A stretch of 64,000 nt of DNA from an uncultured delta proteobacterium. GTDB lineage: Bacteria; Desulfobacterota; Binatia; JACPRU01. This document shows, one piece after another, positions 20,991 to 30,810 of this stretch. Where the stretch lies: NCBI GenBank assembly GCA_963745025.1, contig CAVUWD010000016.1, forward strand, positions 1,077,507 through 1,141,506. The letters are read 5' to 3'. How positions within the stretch are numbered: the first letter of the stretch is position 1; every line of letters starts with the position of its first letter. The notes under the pieces were generated by a model, which was not told the origin of the DNA, did not search any database, and was given only the letters and a program-made list of their open reading frames with translations. The position numbers and the translations under genes are program-made.

Positions 20991-21920
20991 TTAGCCCTCG
21001 CCCGGATCGCCCCGGCTGGCCGCGACACTGACACCGAGAGGACCGCGGGGTACCTGGATCTCGAACCGCCGGCCTTGGCGGAGGATCTCCATCCGCACGT
21101 TCTCCCCGGCGGTGCCGGCGCGGGTGGCGGTGACGAGCTCGCTGGGAGCGAAGATGCGGGTCTCGCCGTAGCTCAGAACCACATCCCCGGCCTGTAGGCC
21201 TTCCGCCGCCGCCGGTGATTCGAGCAGCACCTCGTTGATGGCGACGCGGTTCGGCTGGTCAAGGGCGGCGAGATAGCGGTCGTACCTCTGGTCCCCGATC
21301 TCGTCTCGGATCGACGTGCGTTGCCCCTCGATCTCCGCCATCTTCGCGGCGAAGCCGGGCGTGTCCAGCCATCCCTCCCGCTCTGCCTGATTGCGCAGGT
21401 AGATCTCGGACAGCCCGAGCCCGTCCTGCCGCCGCCTGATCTCGGTCGCGGTCGTCGTGTCGATACCGGCGGCGACCAGCGCGCGCTCCATTGCCGTGCT
21501 GGCATCGTAGACGGGCGCCGGGTCGGCTGCGCTGCCGGGTGCGGCCCGTGTCGCCGGCGCGGCCGCTACGGGCTCGGGCCTTGAGGGCACCGCGCGCGGA
21601 GTCTCGTGGCCGCTGCCGCGCAGCGCGGCAAGCTCGGTCGCGAGCACATCGATCCGTTCCTCGAGGCGGCGCCGCCCATCCGCTTCCGCTGCCAGGTTCG
21701 CCGCTAGCAGCTTGAGCCGCCGTTCCAGCCCGATGGCGTGCCGATCGCCTCCGCCCTCGGTCTCACGGGCACCTGGGCTCTGCGCAGATGCGGACACCGA
21801 GCCTCCGAGGCGCCCCTCCGCGGGCTCGATTCGGCCTCCTTCACCCCGCCAACCGAGCCAGACACCTGCCGCCAGGCCGAGAGCGACAAGCAGAGCACCG
21901 TACACAGCTGTCCTGTTCAT
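20991..21920 (-). CDS. Membrane-anchored PDZ-domain protein
   Basis: N-terminal TM, coiled coil, C-terminal PDZ (VLLESPAAAEGLQAGDVVLSY...RGPLGV). Confidence 0.8.
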   Translation of the reverse strand: MNRTAVYGALLVALGLAAGVWLGWRGEGGRIEPAEGRLGGSVSASAQSPGARETEGGGDRHAIGLERRLKLLAANLAAEADGRRRLEERIDVLATELAALRGSGHETPRAVPSRPEPVAAAPATRAAPGSAADPAPVYDASTAMERALVAAGIDTTTATEIRRRQDGLGLSEIYLRNQAEREGWLDTPGFAAKMAEIEGQRTSIRDEIGDQRYDRYLAALDQPNRVAINEVLLESPAAAEGLQAGDVVLSYGETRIFAPSELVTATRAGTAGENVRMEILRQGRRFEIQVPRGPLGVSVAASRGDPGEG

Positions 21921-21974
21921 TCACACGATCCTTCGAGCGCGCTGATTGTGGCGGTGTCGTGCAGGCGACGCAAC

Positions 21975-22352
21975 AGGCTGTCTCGTCCGCGCGACCTTCG
22001 ACGGCGAGGTCTGCCATCTGATCGTCCATCCGAGCGGGCGCTACAACCGCCACCGGCCGTATCCGATTCCCAAGGGCCTCGTCGAGCCCGGTGAGCTGCC
22101 CGAGAAGGCGGCGCTGCGCGAGACCCGCGAGGAGGCGGGCCTCGACTGCCGGATCCTCGCGCCGCTCGGCGAGATCGACTACGTGAAGAGCCGCTCACGC
22201 CGCCCGCCTCGCCGACGCTCAAGCCCGCCGATTGGGAGATCGATCGTGCGGAGTTTCTGCCGGCCGATCAGGCGCGCCCGAGGCTCCATCCGGACCAGCG
22301 TCTGCTCCTCGATCGTGCGCTGGCGAGGGAAGGCGGCCCAGGTCGCCGGTGA
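21975..22352 (+). pseudogene. NUDIX hydrolase, internally deleted/frameshifted
   Basis: IPKGLVEPGE.PEKAALRETREEAGL Nudix box; C-terminal WEIDRAEFLP...LHPDQ in another frame. Confidence 0.7.
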
Positions 22353-23590
22353 TCAGCCGCGCGCCGCGCTGCGAGGCGAAGTACGCCCACGCCCACTCGA
22401 ACAGGACGACCGCGCGGTTGCGAAAGCCGATCAGGAACGCGATGTGCACGACGATCCACAAGAGCCAGGCGACGAAGCCCGACAGTTGGACGACCCCGAA
22501 GTCCGCGACCGCGGCGGCCCTGCCGATCGTCGCCAGCTTCCCCTTGTCGAAGTAGCGGAATGGCTCCGTCGGCTTGCCGGCGAGGCGGCGCAGCACCATG
22601 TCGGCGGCGTGCCGTCCCTCCTGCATCGCGGCGGGTGCGAGGCCGGGCACCGGCTCGCCGCTCCTTTCGTCGCGAAGCGACGCGAGGTCGCCGACGACGA
22701 ACGCCTCGGGATGCCCGGGAATCGACAGGTCAGGCTCCACCAGCACGCGCCCGGCGCGGTCGAGAGGCAGGCCGAGAGTGCGCGACAGCGGCGAAGCGGC
22801 AACTCCGGCGGCCCACAGCACGGTGCGGGCCTCGATGTGCTCTTCACCGAGGCTCACGCCGCGGGCGTCGACCTTCGTCACCGGCTGCCCGCAGAGCACG
22901 CTCACGCCGAGCCGGCGGAGCGAAGCCTCGGCTTTCTGTGAGAGGCGCTCGGGGAACGGCGGTAGCACGCGCGGGCCACCCTCGATGAGCACGACGCGGG
23001 CTTCGCGAGGGTCGATGCTGCGAAAATCGCTGACCAGCACGGTTCGCGAGATGTCGGCGAGCGCGCCGGCGAGCTCGACGCCGGTCGGTCCGCCGCCGAC
23101 GACGACGAAGGTCATGAGCGCGGCGCGCTCGGTGTCGTCGGTCTCTTGCTCCGCGCGTTCGAACGCGAGCAGCACGCGCCGGCGGATCTCGAGCGCATCC
23201 TCGAGGCTCTTCAGTCCCGGCGCTGCGGATTCCCACTCTTCGTGGCCGAAGTAGGAGTGGTCGACGCCGGCGGCGAGGATCAGATAGTCGTAACGCAGCG
23301 GCCGGCGTCTTCGATCCGACGGTGCGCTTCGCGAGATCGACGGCCGTGACCTTAGCGAGGACGACGCGGGTGTTCTCCTGGCGGCGGAGGATCGAGCGGA
23401 TCGGGTGGGCGATGTCGCCCGGGGACAGGCCCGCCATCGCCACCTGATAGAGGAGCGGCTGGAAGAGGTGGTGGTTGCGGCGGTCGACCAGCGTCACTCG
23501 CACCGCCGCGCGGCGCAGCCGCTTCGCCGCATAGAGGCCGCCGAAGCCGCCGCCGACGATGACGACGTGGGGTTTCGGCTCGTCCCGCAT
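22219..23590 (-). pseudogene. ndh: Type II NADH dehydrogenase, frameshifted near 23,290-23,320
   Basis: [24 protein letters not shown]; second frame YDYLILAAG...[34 protein letters not shown]. Confidence 0.88.
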
Positions 23591-23644
23591 TCCGAACCGG
23601 GTTAGCGGTCGACTCCCCCTTCTGCAAGAACGAGATTCTGCCGA

Positions 23645-23772
23645 CGCGAACTTCGCCGGTCCAAACGCCGCCGACGTCGGAAATGGGCGCGTTCCGGCCG
23701 TGGCACCGGTGAACAGGATCGCTCCCCGCCCTTTGGCGAGCATTCCCGGCACGACCTCCTGCGAGCAGAGAT
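23645..23772 (-). pseudogene. Internal shard of a short-chain dehydrogenase
   Basis: [42 protein letters not shown]. Confidence 0.7.
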
Positions 23773-24190
23773 CGACAGGACCGGCCCGCTGGGAACGCCG
23801 GCCAATAACCACCTCATCGCGTCACGTAACCACTCCGCTTGTCCTGGAGCTCACCTAAGTTGCGTGTAGATCTCCGCCCTGTTCACGCGCTTCATCCGCG
23901 TGGTAGCCCACCTGGCACGGAGGACCACAACGACACACGGCAGATTCATTTTGCTCGCCAAGCGCTTGGCAAGTCCCTGTGAAGTCCGTAGGCGGAAGCG
24001 GAACGTCTCTCGAAACCGCGGAACCACACCAAGGACGAAGAAGAACTTTTCAGGGAAGTAGATAACTTACTTCCTGACCAGTACGCCCTCGCAACCTCGC
24101 GGCACTTCGACAATTCCTCTCGGATCGGCGCGATCGTGGCGTCATCAAGTCCGGTCTCAATGAAGCGGTCACTCGAAGCGGCGAAGCCGC

Positions 24191-25030
24191 TCAGAGCACA
24201 GACAAGAGCGCAAGCGCAGCCCCGCCGACGACCAGCGTCGCTCCCCCGGCGCGGGCGATCGTCCTGCCGCCCGGCGCGGTCTTCTCGATCAGGACGAAAG
24301 CCGTGAGGACCGCTATCCAGAAGAGATTCATCGCGCCGAGCGCGAAAAGAACCAGCATCAGCGCGGAGCAGCAGCCGAGGCAAAACAACCCATGGTGGAC
24401 GCCCATAGCGAGCGCGCCGCCGCGCCCGCCTCGCCACGAGGTCATGAAGAAGCCGATCGGCGTTCGGCACTGGCGGAGGCACGCGTTCTTGAGCGGCGTG
24501 AACTGAAAGACGCCAGCCGCGGCGAGGACGGCGCCGCCGGCCAGCGCCGAATCGAGGCTCATGGCGGCGGGCGAGAACCAAGCCGTCTTCTCCAACACGA
24601 CCTGGAGAAGCGTCGCGGCGATGCTGAACACGACCCAGGCGACGAGGTAGCCGAGCGCGAAGAGAGACGAGGGGACGATCGTACGCGCGCTGGGGTCGCG
24701 GCCGCGGACGAAGCGCGCGTGCATGAGGATCATCGGAGCGGCGGTCGGCAGCATCATCGCCGCCATCATCACGACCCACATGGTGAAGATCCACGCGGCG
24801 CCCATGCTCCCCATGCACGGCATGGCCACCCGTTCGAGCAGCTCTTTGGTGTGCGGCCCCGCGCCTGGGGACATCGCGGCCATCTCGTCCGCCAGATGCC
24901 AGAGCCAGGCCCACGAGAGCGCGGCGATCGCACCGAGACCGCCGAAAAGGACGACCCTTTCGCCGAGGAGAATCTCGCCGAGCGCCACCCGGGGCTCGGC
25001 GCGGCTCTCGGCGAGCCCGCTTTCAGCCAC
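24191..25030 (-). CDS. DUF2182 predicted metal-binding membrane protein
   Basis: MWVVMMAAMMLP, FQFTPLKNACLRQCRTP, HHGLFCLGCC.ALM..LF.LGAMNL. Confidence 0.9.
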   Translation of the reverse strand: MAESGLAESRAEPRVALGEILLGERVVLFGGLGAIAALSWAWLWHLADEMAAMSPGAGPHTKELLERVAMPCMGSMGAAWIFTMWVVMMAAMMLPTAAPMILMHARFVRGRDPSARTIVPSSLFALGYLVAWVVFSIAATLLQVVLEKTAWFSPAAMSLDSALAGGAVLAAAGVFQFTPLKNACLRQCRTPIGFFMTSWRGGRGGALAMGVHHGLFCLGCCSALMLVLFALGAMNLFWIAVLTAFVLIEKTAPGGRTIARAGGATLVVGGAALALLSVL

Positions 25031-25619
25031 GGTACTCGAAGGGAGCGAAGAACGCGTTTCGCCCGGAGATCTTCCAACTCATTCCGTGATCGTCGTAGGT
25101 AAGGCTCTTCGACGTCGCCTGAGTGACCGCGAAGCCGGGTGCGATCGCCAGAGGATGTCCGCTGATCTGGATCGGCCCGCCTCCCTGGCCGCTCATCTGC
25201 TCGAGCTCGAGGGCGGCGACGCCCGAGACCGCGAGACGGAACGTGCCGTCGCGGCGCGAGAACTCGATCGGCGCCTTGCGCACGCCGACTACTTCTCCGA
25301 TATGTGACGCGAGCGCCGCCGGGTGTCCTCCGGCTTGGCCGCCGAAGATGCGGTGGAGCGCCGCCTCCTGCTTGGCGTCGGCGCGCTCGTCGCAGTAGAG
25401 CGCCGCTTTCCACTTCACCTTGACCATGTTCCCGGGGCAGTGGACTGCGAGCGCCACGTTTCGGTCGTCGAGCGAAACGTCGCCGTCCTTTCCCTGCTCG
25501 ATGTGCCAGCCGACGAGCACGGTGCATTCGCCGTGCGTCGGATCGCTCAGGAAGATGCACGGGCACGCGGCGGCACAGTTGCAGCTCTCGACGTAGGTTC
25601 CTTTAAGATTCCAGGCCAT
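25023..25619 (-). CDS. DUF1326 domain protein
   Basis: W.LKGTYVESCNCAAACPC...PTHGEC, DERADAKQEAAL..IF.GQAGG; overlaps DUF2182 start. Confidence 0.9.
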   Translation of the reverse strand: MAWNLKGTYVESCNCAAACPCIFLSDPTHGECTVLVGWHIEQGKDGDVSLDDRNVALAVHCPGNMVKVKWKAALYCDERADAKQEAALHRIFGGQAGGHPAALASHIGEVVGVRKAPIEFSRRDGTFRLAVSGVAALELEQMSGQGGGPIQISGHPLAIAPGFAVTQATSKSLTYDDHGMSWKISGRNAFFAPFEYRG

Positions 25620-25869
25620 GACGAACCCCCTTTCCGAAGCTGGGTGCTCGGCGCATCGCGAGTCAGGCGAGAGAGAGCGCTACCACATCTCCCACGTCCC
25701 CTACCAGTGCTCGGAGACGCTGGCGGACGATCCACCAGGACCGCGGATCCGCTGAGCGGACACGCCCGCGTCGCGCGTCCTACATGGCTTTCTTGATCCC
25801 GCTTCGAAGCAGCCGGATAGCTGGTGACGAAGCCGGCGAGCATAGGCGATGTCCGAACATTCCAGGGAC

Positions 25870-26030
25870 CTTTGCAAGATGACGTGCAAAGACGGCCTGT
25901 GATGCAGTGCGACTCCTCCGGGTCGAGCTCGGAGGCCAGTCCCGTCGAACCCCTGACGTCGGCGAAGAGAACGGTGCCCTGCTTCCGTTCGCCTTCGAGG
26001 GCGGCGCGGGTGGTGAGGATCTTCTCGGAG
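25870..26030 (-). pseudogene. Adenylate/guanylate cyclase shard 2 (degenerate)
   Basis: SEKILTTRAALEGERKQGTVLFADVRGSTGLASELDPEESHCI. Confidence 0.75.
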
Positions 26031-26117
26031 GATAGCTGGGATAAGCGGCCGAGTTGACGTAAAGCCTCAATATCCGACGCTGCCCAAACACGAGACGCCT
26101 TGTTTCTAGGGCACCCC

Positions 26118-26235
26118 TCAGATGCTCGCGCGGCCAGCCTGCGCTAACCCCCTAAGTGTGTTGGCCTGCGCCGTCGTCAAAGCCTTACCGCGTTGAGCGC
26201 TGACCTCTTGCAAAAACGCCGACAGTTGCCCCCCT
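26118..26235 (-). pseudogene. C-terminal helical (FIMAH-like) shard
   Basis: GQLSAFLQEVSAQRGKALTTAQANTL. Confidence 0.45.
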
Positions 26236-26251
26236 TCATCCGCCAGGAACG

Positions 26252-27316
26252 TTAGGTCCTCCGGATGATCTGCTTGGAGAATTCTTCGATCGTTTCCTTC
26301 GGATCGGTGATCGGCTGGATCGCGACCTGACGAATCCCCGCAGCGCCCATCGCGTGAATCGATTCCACGACTTCCTCGCGGGTTCCGGTGAGGGTCGTCG
26401 CGCGGATCATCTTCTCGGTCACCAACGACTCGTGCTCCTTTCTGAAACCACGCAGGTAATCGCTGTAGAGCGTCAGGTGGCGGGTCTCGATCGACACGTC
26501 CGGCATACGATACGCGTTCTTGAAGGCCACAAGATCGTGGCGAACGTCGGAGGGTAGATCCGTGGGGGTCGGGCACGAGAACGCGAAGATGTTGCTCGAC
26601 GAAGACACAAAGGGACCGACCGCCTTCCGCACCCGCGTCGACTCGAGCTTCTCTCCCGGTCGAGTCAGGTGGAAGGCCGTCATGCACAGCGTGTAGAGCT
26701 TTCTCGGATCGCGCCCGGCGCGCTCGGCCCCAGCGCGCACGTGGTCCATGCAGAACCGGATCAAACTCGGGCCGACGGCACCGAAGAGAATCACTCCGTC
26801 AGCGATCTCCCCGGCTAGCTCCAGCGTCTTTGGACCGCTCGCCGAAACGTAGATCGGCACCTTATTCTTGATGTTGATCGCACCGCTCTTCGGGTTGAGG
26901 AAGCGGATCACGCGTCGGCGCTCACCTTCCTGGTACGGTGTCGTTTTGCCCGCAAGAAGGTCGCGACAGACCCGGACGTGCTCGCGCAGCACCTCCAGCC
27001 GGGCCGCTGGCATGCCGAGCGTCCGTCGCGCCGTGTTGCCGGTGCCGATACCGAGGATCACCCGCCCAGGCGCGAGCGCGTTGATCGACGCGATCGAGCA
27101 CGCTGTCATAGGCGCGATTCGCGACGCCGGGTTGGTGACGCCCGGACCAAGAACGATCTTCTTGGTGTTGACTGCGCAGAGCGCAAGCGCGGCGTAGACG
27201 TCGCTGGTGAGCATCTGCGAGTCGTAGAGCCAAGCGTGCGTGAAGCCGCGTCGCTCGGCCAACGCCACGGCGGGATAGACGTTCACGTTACCGAAGAATA
27301 CGCATCCAAAATCCAT
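26252..27316 (-). CDS. LLM-class oxidoreductase (Mer-like)
   Basis: WLYDSQM, LGPGVTNP, LAPGRVILGIGTG, IYVSASGPKTLELAGEIADGV; GAGGAGG RBS. Confidence 0.9.
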   Translation of the reverse strand: MDFGCVFFGNVNVYPAVALAERRGFTHAWLYDSQMLTSDVYAALALCAVNTKKIVLGPGVTNPASRIAPMTACSIASINALAPGRVILGIGTGNTARRTLGMPAARLEVLREHVRVCRDLLAGKTTPYQEGERRRVIRFLNPKSGAINIKNKVPIYVSASGPKTLELAGEIADGVILFGAVGPSLIRFCMDHVRAGAERAGRDPRKLYTLCMTAFHLTRPGEKLESTRVRKAVGPFVSSSSNIFAFSCPTPTDLPSDVRHDLVAFKNAYRMPDVSIETRHLTLYSDYLRGFRKEHESLVTEKMIRATTLTGTREEVVESIHAMGAAGIRQVAIQPITDPKETIEEFSKQIIRRT

Positions 27317-27505
27317 TGTCCCTCCTCACGAACCTCGAGATCAGCTTCTGGGCCCCGGCTGCTTTAGTGATTCTCGCTACCGGAAGATGAGCACCGCATC
27401 GAAGAACAGCTCGCTTCAGCAGGCGATAGTCCCTGGGGGTAGTTTCGCGCAAGCGCGACTGGGTGGTTCTGACGAAGGCCGCAGCGAGATCCGCTTGGAG
27501 GAATC

Positions 27506-27675
27506 AAGCGGTCCAAGATCTCGTGCCACTCTTCCGGGTCGAGCTGCTCGGCGAGGTCCATCGAGCCCTTCACGTCGGCGAAGAGGGCCGTCACCTGCTT
27601 CCGCTCGCCTTCGAGGGCGCTGCGCGACGAGAGGATCTTCTCCGCAAGGTGCTTCGGCGTGTAGGAGCGAGGGTC
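27506..27675 (-). pseudogene. Adenylate/guanylate cyclase shard 3
   Basis: DPRSYTPKHLAEKILSSRSALEGERKQVTALFADVKGSMDLAEQLDPEEWHEILDR. Confidence 0.85.
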
Positions 27676-27949
27676 GGCGGAGCGGGTCGAAGGCCCGCCG
27701 GCGACCGGCGTCGCGCGTCGAAGGAGTCGAACCGAGCGAGGGGATTCGAATCGCTGCGAGCTGAGGTTTTGCGCGCGATCATGAGCTACGACGGCCGTTT
27801 ATTCGGCCCGAGTAATTCTACCGCGCCGTCGGGAGCGTTTGCCAGACTACTCGGAGCTGGGTTCGTTGCGCAGGGCCCCTGCACGGCGCCGAGCTGCACA
27901 GTCCTAAGATTTTCTGCAGCTCGCCGTTCGCGGGCGGCAGCATCTGGGC

Positions 27950-27999
27950 AAAAAAAAGAGGGGTGGGCGACCGAGAGGACGGGGAGGTCCTCTCGGTCG
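27950..27999 (-). terminator. Strong hairpin plus U8 tract (terminator or small-RNA 3' end)
   Basis: 13-bp perfect stem CGACCGAGAGGAC/GTCCTCTCGGTCG (27,968-27,999); A8 run at 27,950-27,957. Confidence 0.5.
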
Positions 28000-28025
28000 T
28001 GTTCTGGGTGGGTAGCAGCGTACGG

Positions 28026-28160
28026 TCAAGTCTCGAGCGAGCATTCGAGCGGGCGGATCGTTCGTGAGCGGCGCCGATCGGAGATTCGTGCGTAGACGAG
28101 CGTTGACTCGATCGTCCGGTGCCCGAGGTGATCCTGGACAAAACTCGGCCGACTCCCCCG
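28026..28160 (-). pseudogene. C-terminal shard of a tyrosine recombinase/integrase
   Basis: VQDHLGHRTIESTLVYARI: LGH box and catalytic Tyr. Confidence 0.7.
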
Positions 28161-28188
28161 TCGGAACCGGCTCTTTTGAAACGGCCGC

Positions 28189-29067
28189 TCAGTTGGCCAG
28201 TAGTTCCTGCGCGAGTGCATCGAGCTCGCGCCGCATGTCGTCGCTGGCGCGTCCGAGCAGCCAGATCGTCACTTGTTCGGCACCGGCGGCGGCCAGCACC
28301 TCGACTTCTCGACGCTTTCGCCACTGTTGCCGGGCCCCGAAGACCGTGATGCGGATGGAAGCCGGATCCCGGCCGGCTTCAGCGCACAGCGCGTGAAGCT
28401 GGTCGCGGCCGTCGATCAATTGCTGAACTTCCCGGATTATCGGCAGCCAGCCATCGCCCCACTCGACGATGCGCTTGAACACCCGCCGCGCCCACTGGTC
28501 GCCGAACATGATGCCGCCCAGATACACTGGCGGGTGCGGCCGCTGCGCGGGCTTGGGATAGCAGCGCACCGACGGGAAGTTGTAGTAGCGGCCGTGATGT
28601 TCGGGCGCGTCTTCCGTCCAGCAGGCTTTCATCACAGCGATGGCTTCCTTAACCTGCGACCAGCGGTGTTCGAAGTCGCCGCCGAGGATCTCGGATTCCT
28701 CCTTGTTCCAGCCCGCGCCGATGCCGAATTGAAAGCGCCCGCCGCTATAGGCGTCGAGCGAAGCGATCTCTTTCGCGAGGTGCAGCGGATGACGTTCCGG
28801 CACCAGCAGGACGCCGGTGCCCACTTCGAGCGTGGTAGTGGCGGTGGCGGCGCGCATGAGTGCGATGAGTGGATCCGGCATCTGCCAGAGGTAATCTGGA
28901 TCGGGGCCGTTGCCGGGATTGCCCGGATAGGGCGTGCTGTAATTCAGCGGCAGAATGATGTGGTCCGGGACCCAGTAAGACGCAAAGCCCAGATCTTCCG
29001 CGTGTCTCGCCACGATGGCCGGATCTGCCGCCGCATCCGGAAGGATCGAAAAGACGCCTATCTTCAT
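28189..29067 (-). CDS. LLM-class F420-dependent oxidoreductase (TIGR03619-like)
   Basis: WVPDHIILP, EIASLDAYSGGRFQFGIGAGWNKEE, PKPAQRPHPPVYLGG. Confidence 0.9.
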   Translation of the reverse strand: MKIGVFSILPDAAADPAIVARHAEDLGFASYWVPDHIILPLNYSTPYPGNPGNGPDPDYLWQMPDPLIALMRAATATTTLEVGTGVLLVPERHPLHLAKEIASLDAYSGGRFQFGIGAGWNKEESEILGGDFEHRWSQVKEAIAVMKACWTEDAPEHHGRYYNFPSVRCYPKPAQRPHPPVYLGGIMFGDQWARRVFKRIVEWGDGWLPIIREVQQLIDGRDQLHALCAEAGRDPASIRITVFGARQQWRKRREVEVLAAAGAEQVTIWLLGRASDDMRRELDALAQELLAN

Positions 29068-29350
29068 GGGAGTCGCCTCGATTCTGCGAAATTGCGGGCG
29101 GCCCAGGAGTTGCTCTGCACACGACCGCGCGCCAGCAGCGCCCGCCGGCGTTCCTCGATGGCCGCCGGGTCGATGTTGTTGTGCATCACTGCGACTTGGG
29201 CTTCAAGTGCCATGTCCGCGCCAAAGGGCAGGACATGGCCATCGTCCAACAATCGTTTGTAGGAGACCAGCGTGGCGGGATCGAGACTCAGCATGTCCTG
29301 AGCGAGTTGCCGACAGATGGGCAGCAGCTCCTCGGCTGGCACCACGATTG
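29064..29350 (-). pseudogene. C-terminal half of an enoyl-CoA hydratase family gene
   Basis: VVPAEELLP.CRQLAQDMLSLDP..LVSYKRLLDDG...ALE; stop overlaps LLM start. Confidence 0.65.
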
Positions 29351-29589
29351 ACGAGTCCTCAGCGTTCGGCGGTGGCCGCATCCACGAAATTGCCAGTCAG
29401 CGACATCTCCTTGGCGCGGGGCAGCGCTCGTGAGTATAGGCGAGGCGACACTTGGTGCATATGCATGGTCTACGCGCGAGGCAAAGCCGGCGCTGCGTAG
29501 CGATCTTCCGCGACTCGATGCAGAGCCTGCCTTCGAGGATTCGTCCGGATTCCGAGATCGTCTCGGATCGGAGTAGAATCCTCGAGTAG

Positions 29590-29844
29590 ATGGCCGGTAC
29601 GCGGCTCGAGATCCCAGCCTTGTCGAAATCCCGCTTCATTGCGGGGCTCCAGTGTCTCAAGCGACTCTATCTCGAGTGCTATGCGAGAGATCTCGGAGGA
29701 CCACCCGACGAGGTGACGAAGGCCGTGTTCGAGGCCGGTAGCGCCATCGGCGCGCTCGCGCGCTTCCGCTACCCGGCGGAGGGTTGGTTGTCGAGGATCA
29801 CCTGCACCATGGAGGGGCGCCGCAGCTTACAGTACGATGAATAG
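29590..29844 (+). pseudogene. N-terminal shard of a DUF2779-like (RecB-family nuclease) protein
   Basis: LSKSRFIAGLQCLKRLYL...FEAGSAIGALAR..YP. Confidence 0.65.
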
Positions 29845-29996
29845 CTGGCGCGTCCTTCAACCATTCTGCGCGCGCCTCCTCACGGCCTTATTGTAACGCT
29901 CCAGCGCCGCATCCGCATCGACGTCAACCAACCGCCTCGCTCCTCCGTCTCAAAGTCATAAAGCTCACACAAGGGTTCGAACAGGAGGAGAAGGCA

Positions 29997-30497
29997 ATGA
30001 CTCGAAAGGATGTAGTTTCGCTGGTCGGCGTCGTCGCGATCGTCGCCGTGGCGGCGATGCACGGCGCGGCGTCCGCACACGGCAGGGGAGGTCATCGAAA
30101 CGGCGGAGACGGGAATCTTTGGCTGCTCGCGCACGCCGCGGGTTTGAGCAGGAGCCAGATCGCCACGGCGTTCAAGAACGATTCGACTCTCAAGACCGAC
30201 CGCTCCAACCTGCGAAGCGCGCGCGAGGCCCTGACGACTTGCTTGGTCTCGGGAAGCTCGTGCGCAAGCCAGATTTCAGCCGATGCGAGCGCACACCAGG
30301 CCCTCGCTCAGGAGGAGATGACGGTATGGGGAACCCTCTTCCAGGGCGCTCCCAACGCAAAGCAGGCGGCTACGGTTCTCAACCAGCTGAGGCAACTGCA
30401 AGCGCAGCGAACGCAGATCTTCCAGCAGGTTTTCGACTCGACCAGCAGCCCGACGTCGGATGGCAGCACCGCGACGTCCGGTGACGGTAGCTCGTAG
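29997..30497 (+). CDS. Exported helical protein of unknown function
   Basis: AGGAGGA RBS, signal peptide, Gln/Ala-rich helices with one Cys pair. Confidence 0.7.
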   Translation: MTRKDVVSLVGVVAIVAVAAMHGAASAHGRGGHRNGGDGNLWLLAHAAGLSRSQIATAFKNDSTLKTDRSNLRSAREALTTCLVSGSSCASQISADASAHQALAQEEMTVWGTLFQGAPNAKQAATVLNQLRQLQAQRTQIFQQVFDSTSSPTSDGSTATSGDGSS

Positions 30498-30536
30498 ACG
30501 GAGCTCGCCTTTTTCTATCGCGAAAGGAGAAAAGCA

Positions 30537-30752
30537 ATGTCACGCTCCCTAGTTCTCCTCTGGGCGATTACCGCACTGACGGCCGGTCTCGCGGCGGCGG
30601 CGAGCGCTCCCGCGGTCGCCGCCCTGCGCATCTCCCCGAGGATTTACACGCCCCAGTCCACGCAGAATCTACAGGTCGCCTGCAATGGCGACGACGACCC
30701 CTCTGACGACTCGGACTCCGGCGACTCGCAAGCAGTCGACTCCGAGGCGTAG
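30537..30752 (+). CDS. Small exported acidic protein
   Basis: AAGGAG RBS, signal peptide, Asp/Ser-rich tail. Confidence 0.55.
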   Translation: MSRSLVLLWAITALTAGLAAAASAPAVAALRISPRIYTPQSTQNLQVACNGDDDPSDDSDSGDSQAVDSEA

Positions 30753-30810
30753 CGTGCAACCTCCAGTGCCAGCTCGGTGTTTAAAAGAGCGGTACCCGTT
30801 GATGCTAGCG

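Noticed and set aside
23840-24190. Possible IS end or transposase tail (WATTRMKRVNRAEIYTQLR)
   Set aside because: No DDE motif, partner inverted repeat or target duplication could be identified by eye.
16019-27675. Diversity-generating retroelement template/variable repeats
   Set aside because: No reverse transcriptase in the window, and differences between shards are not confined to adenines.
27733-27752. GAGCGAGGGGATTCGAA as a tRNA T-arm/att remnant
   Set aside because: Too short; no matching tRNA or partner repeat in the window.
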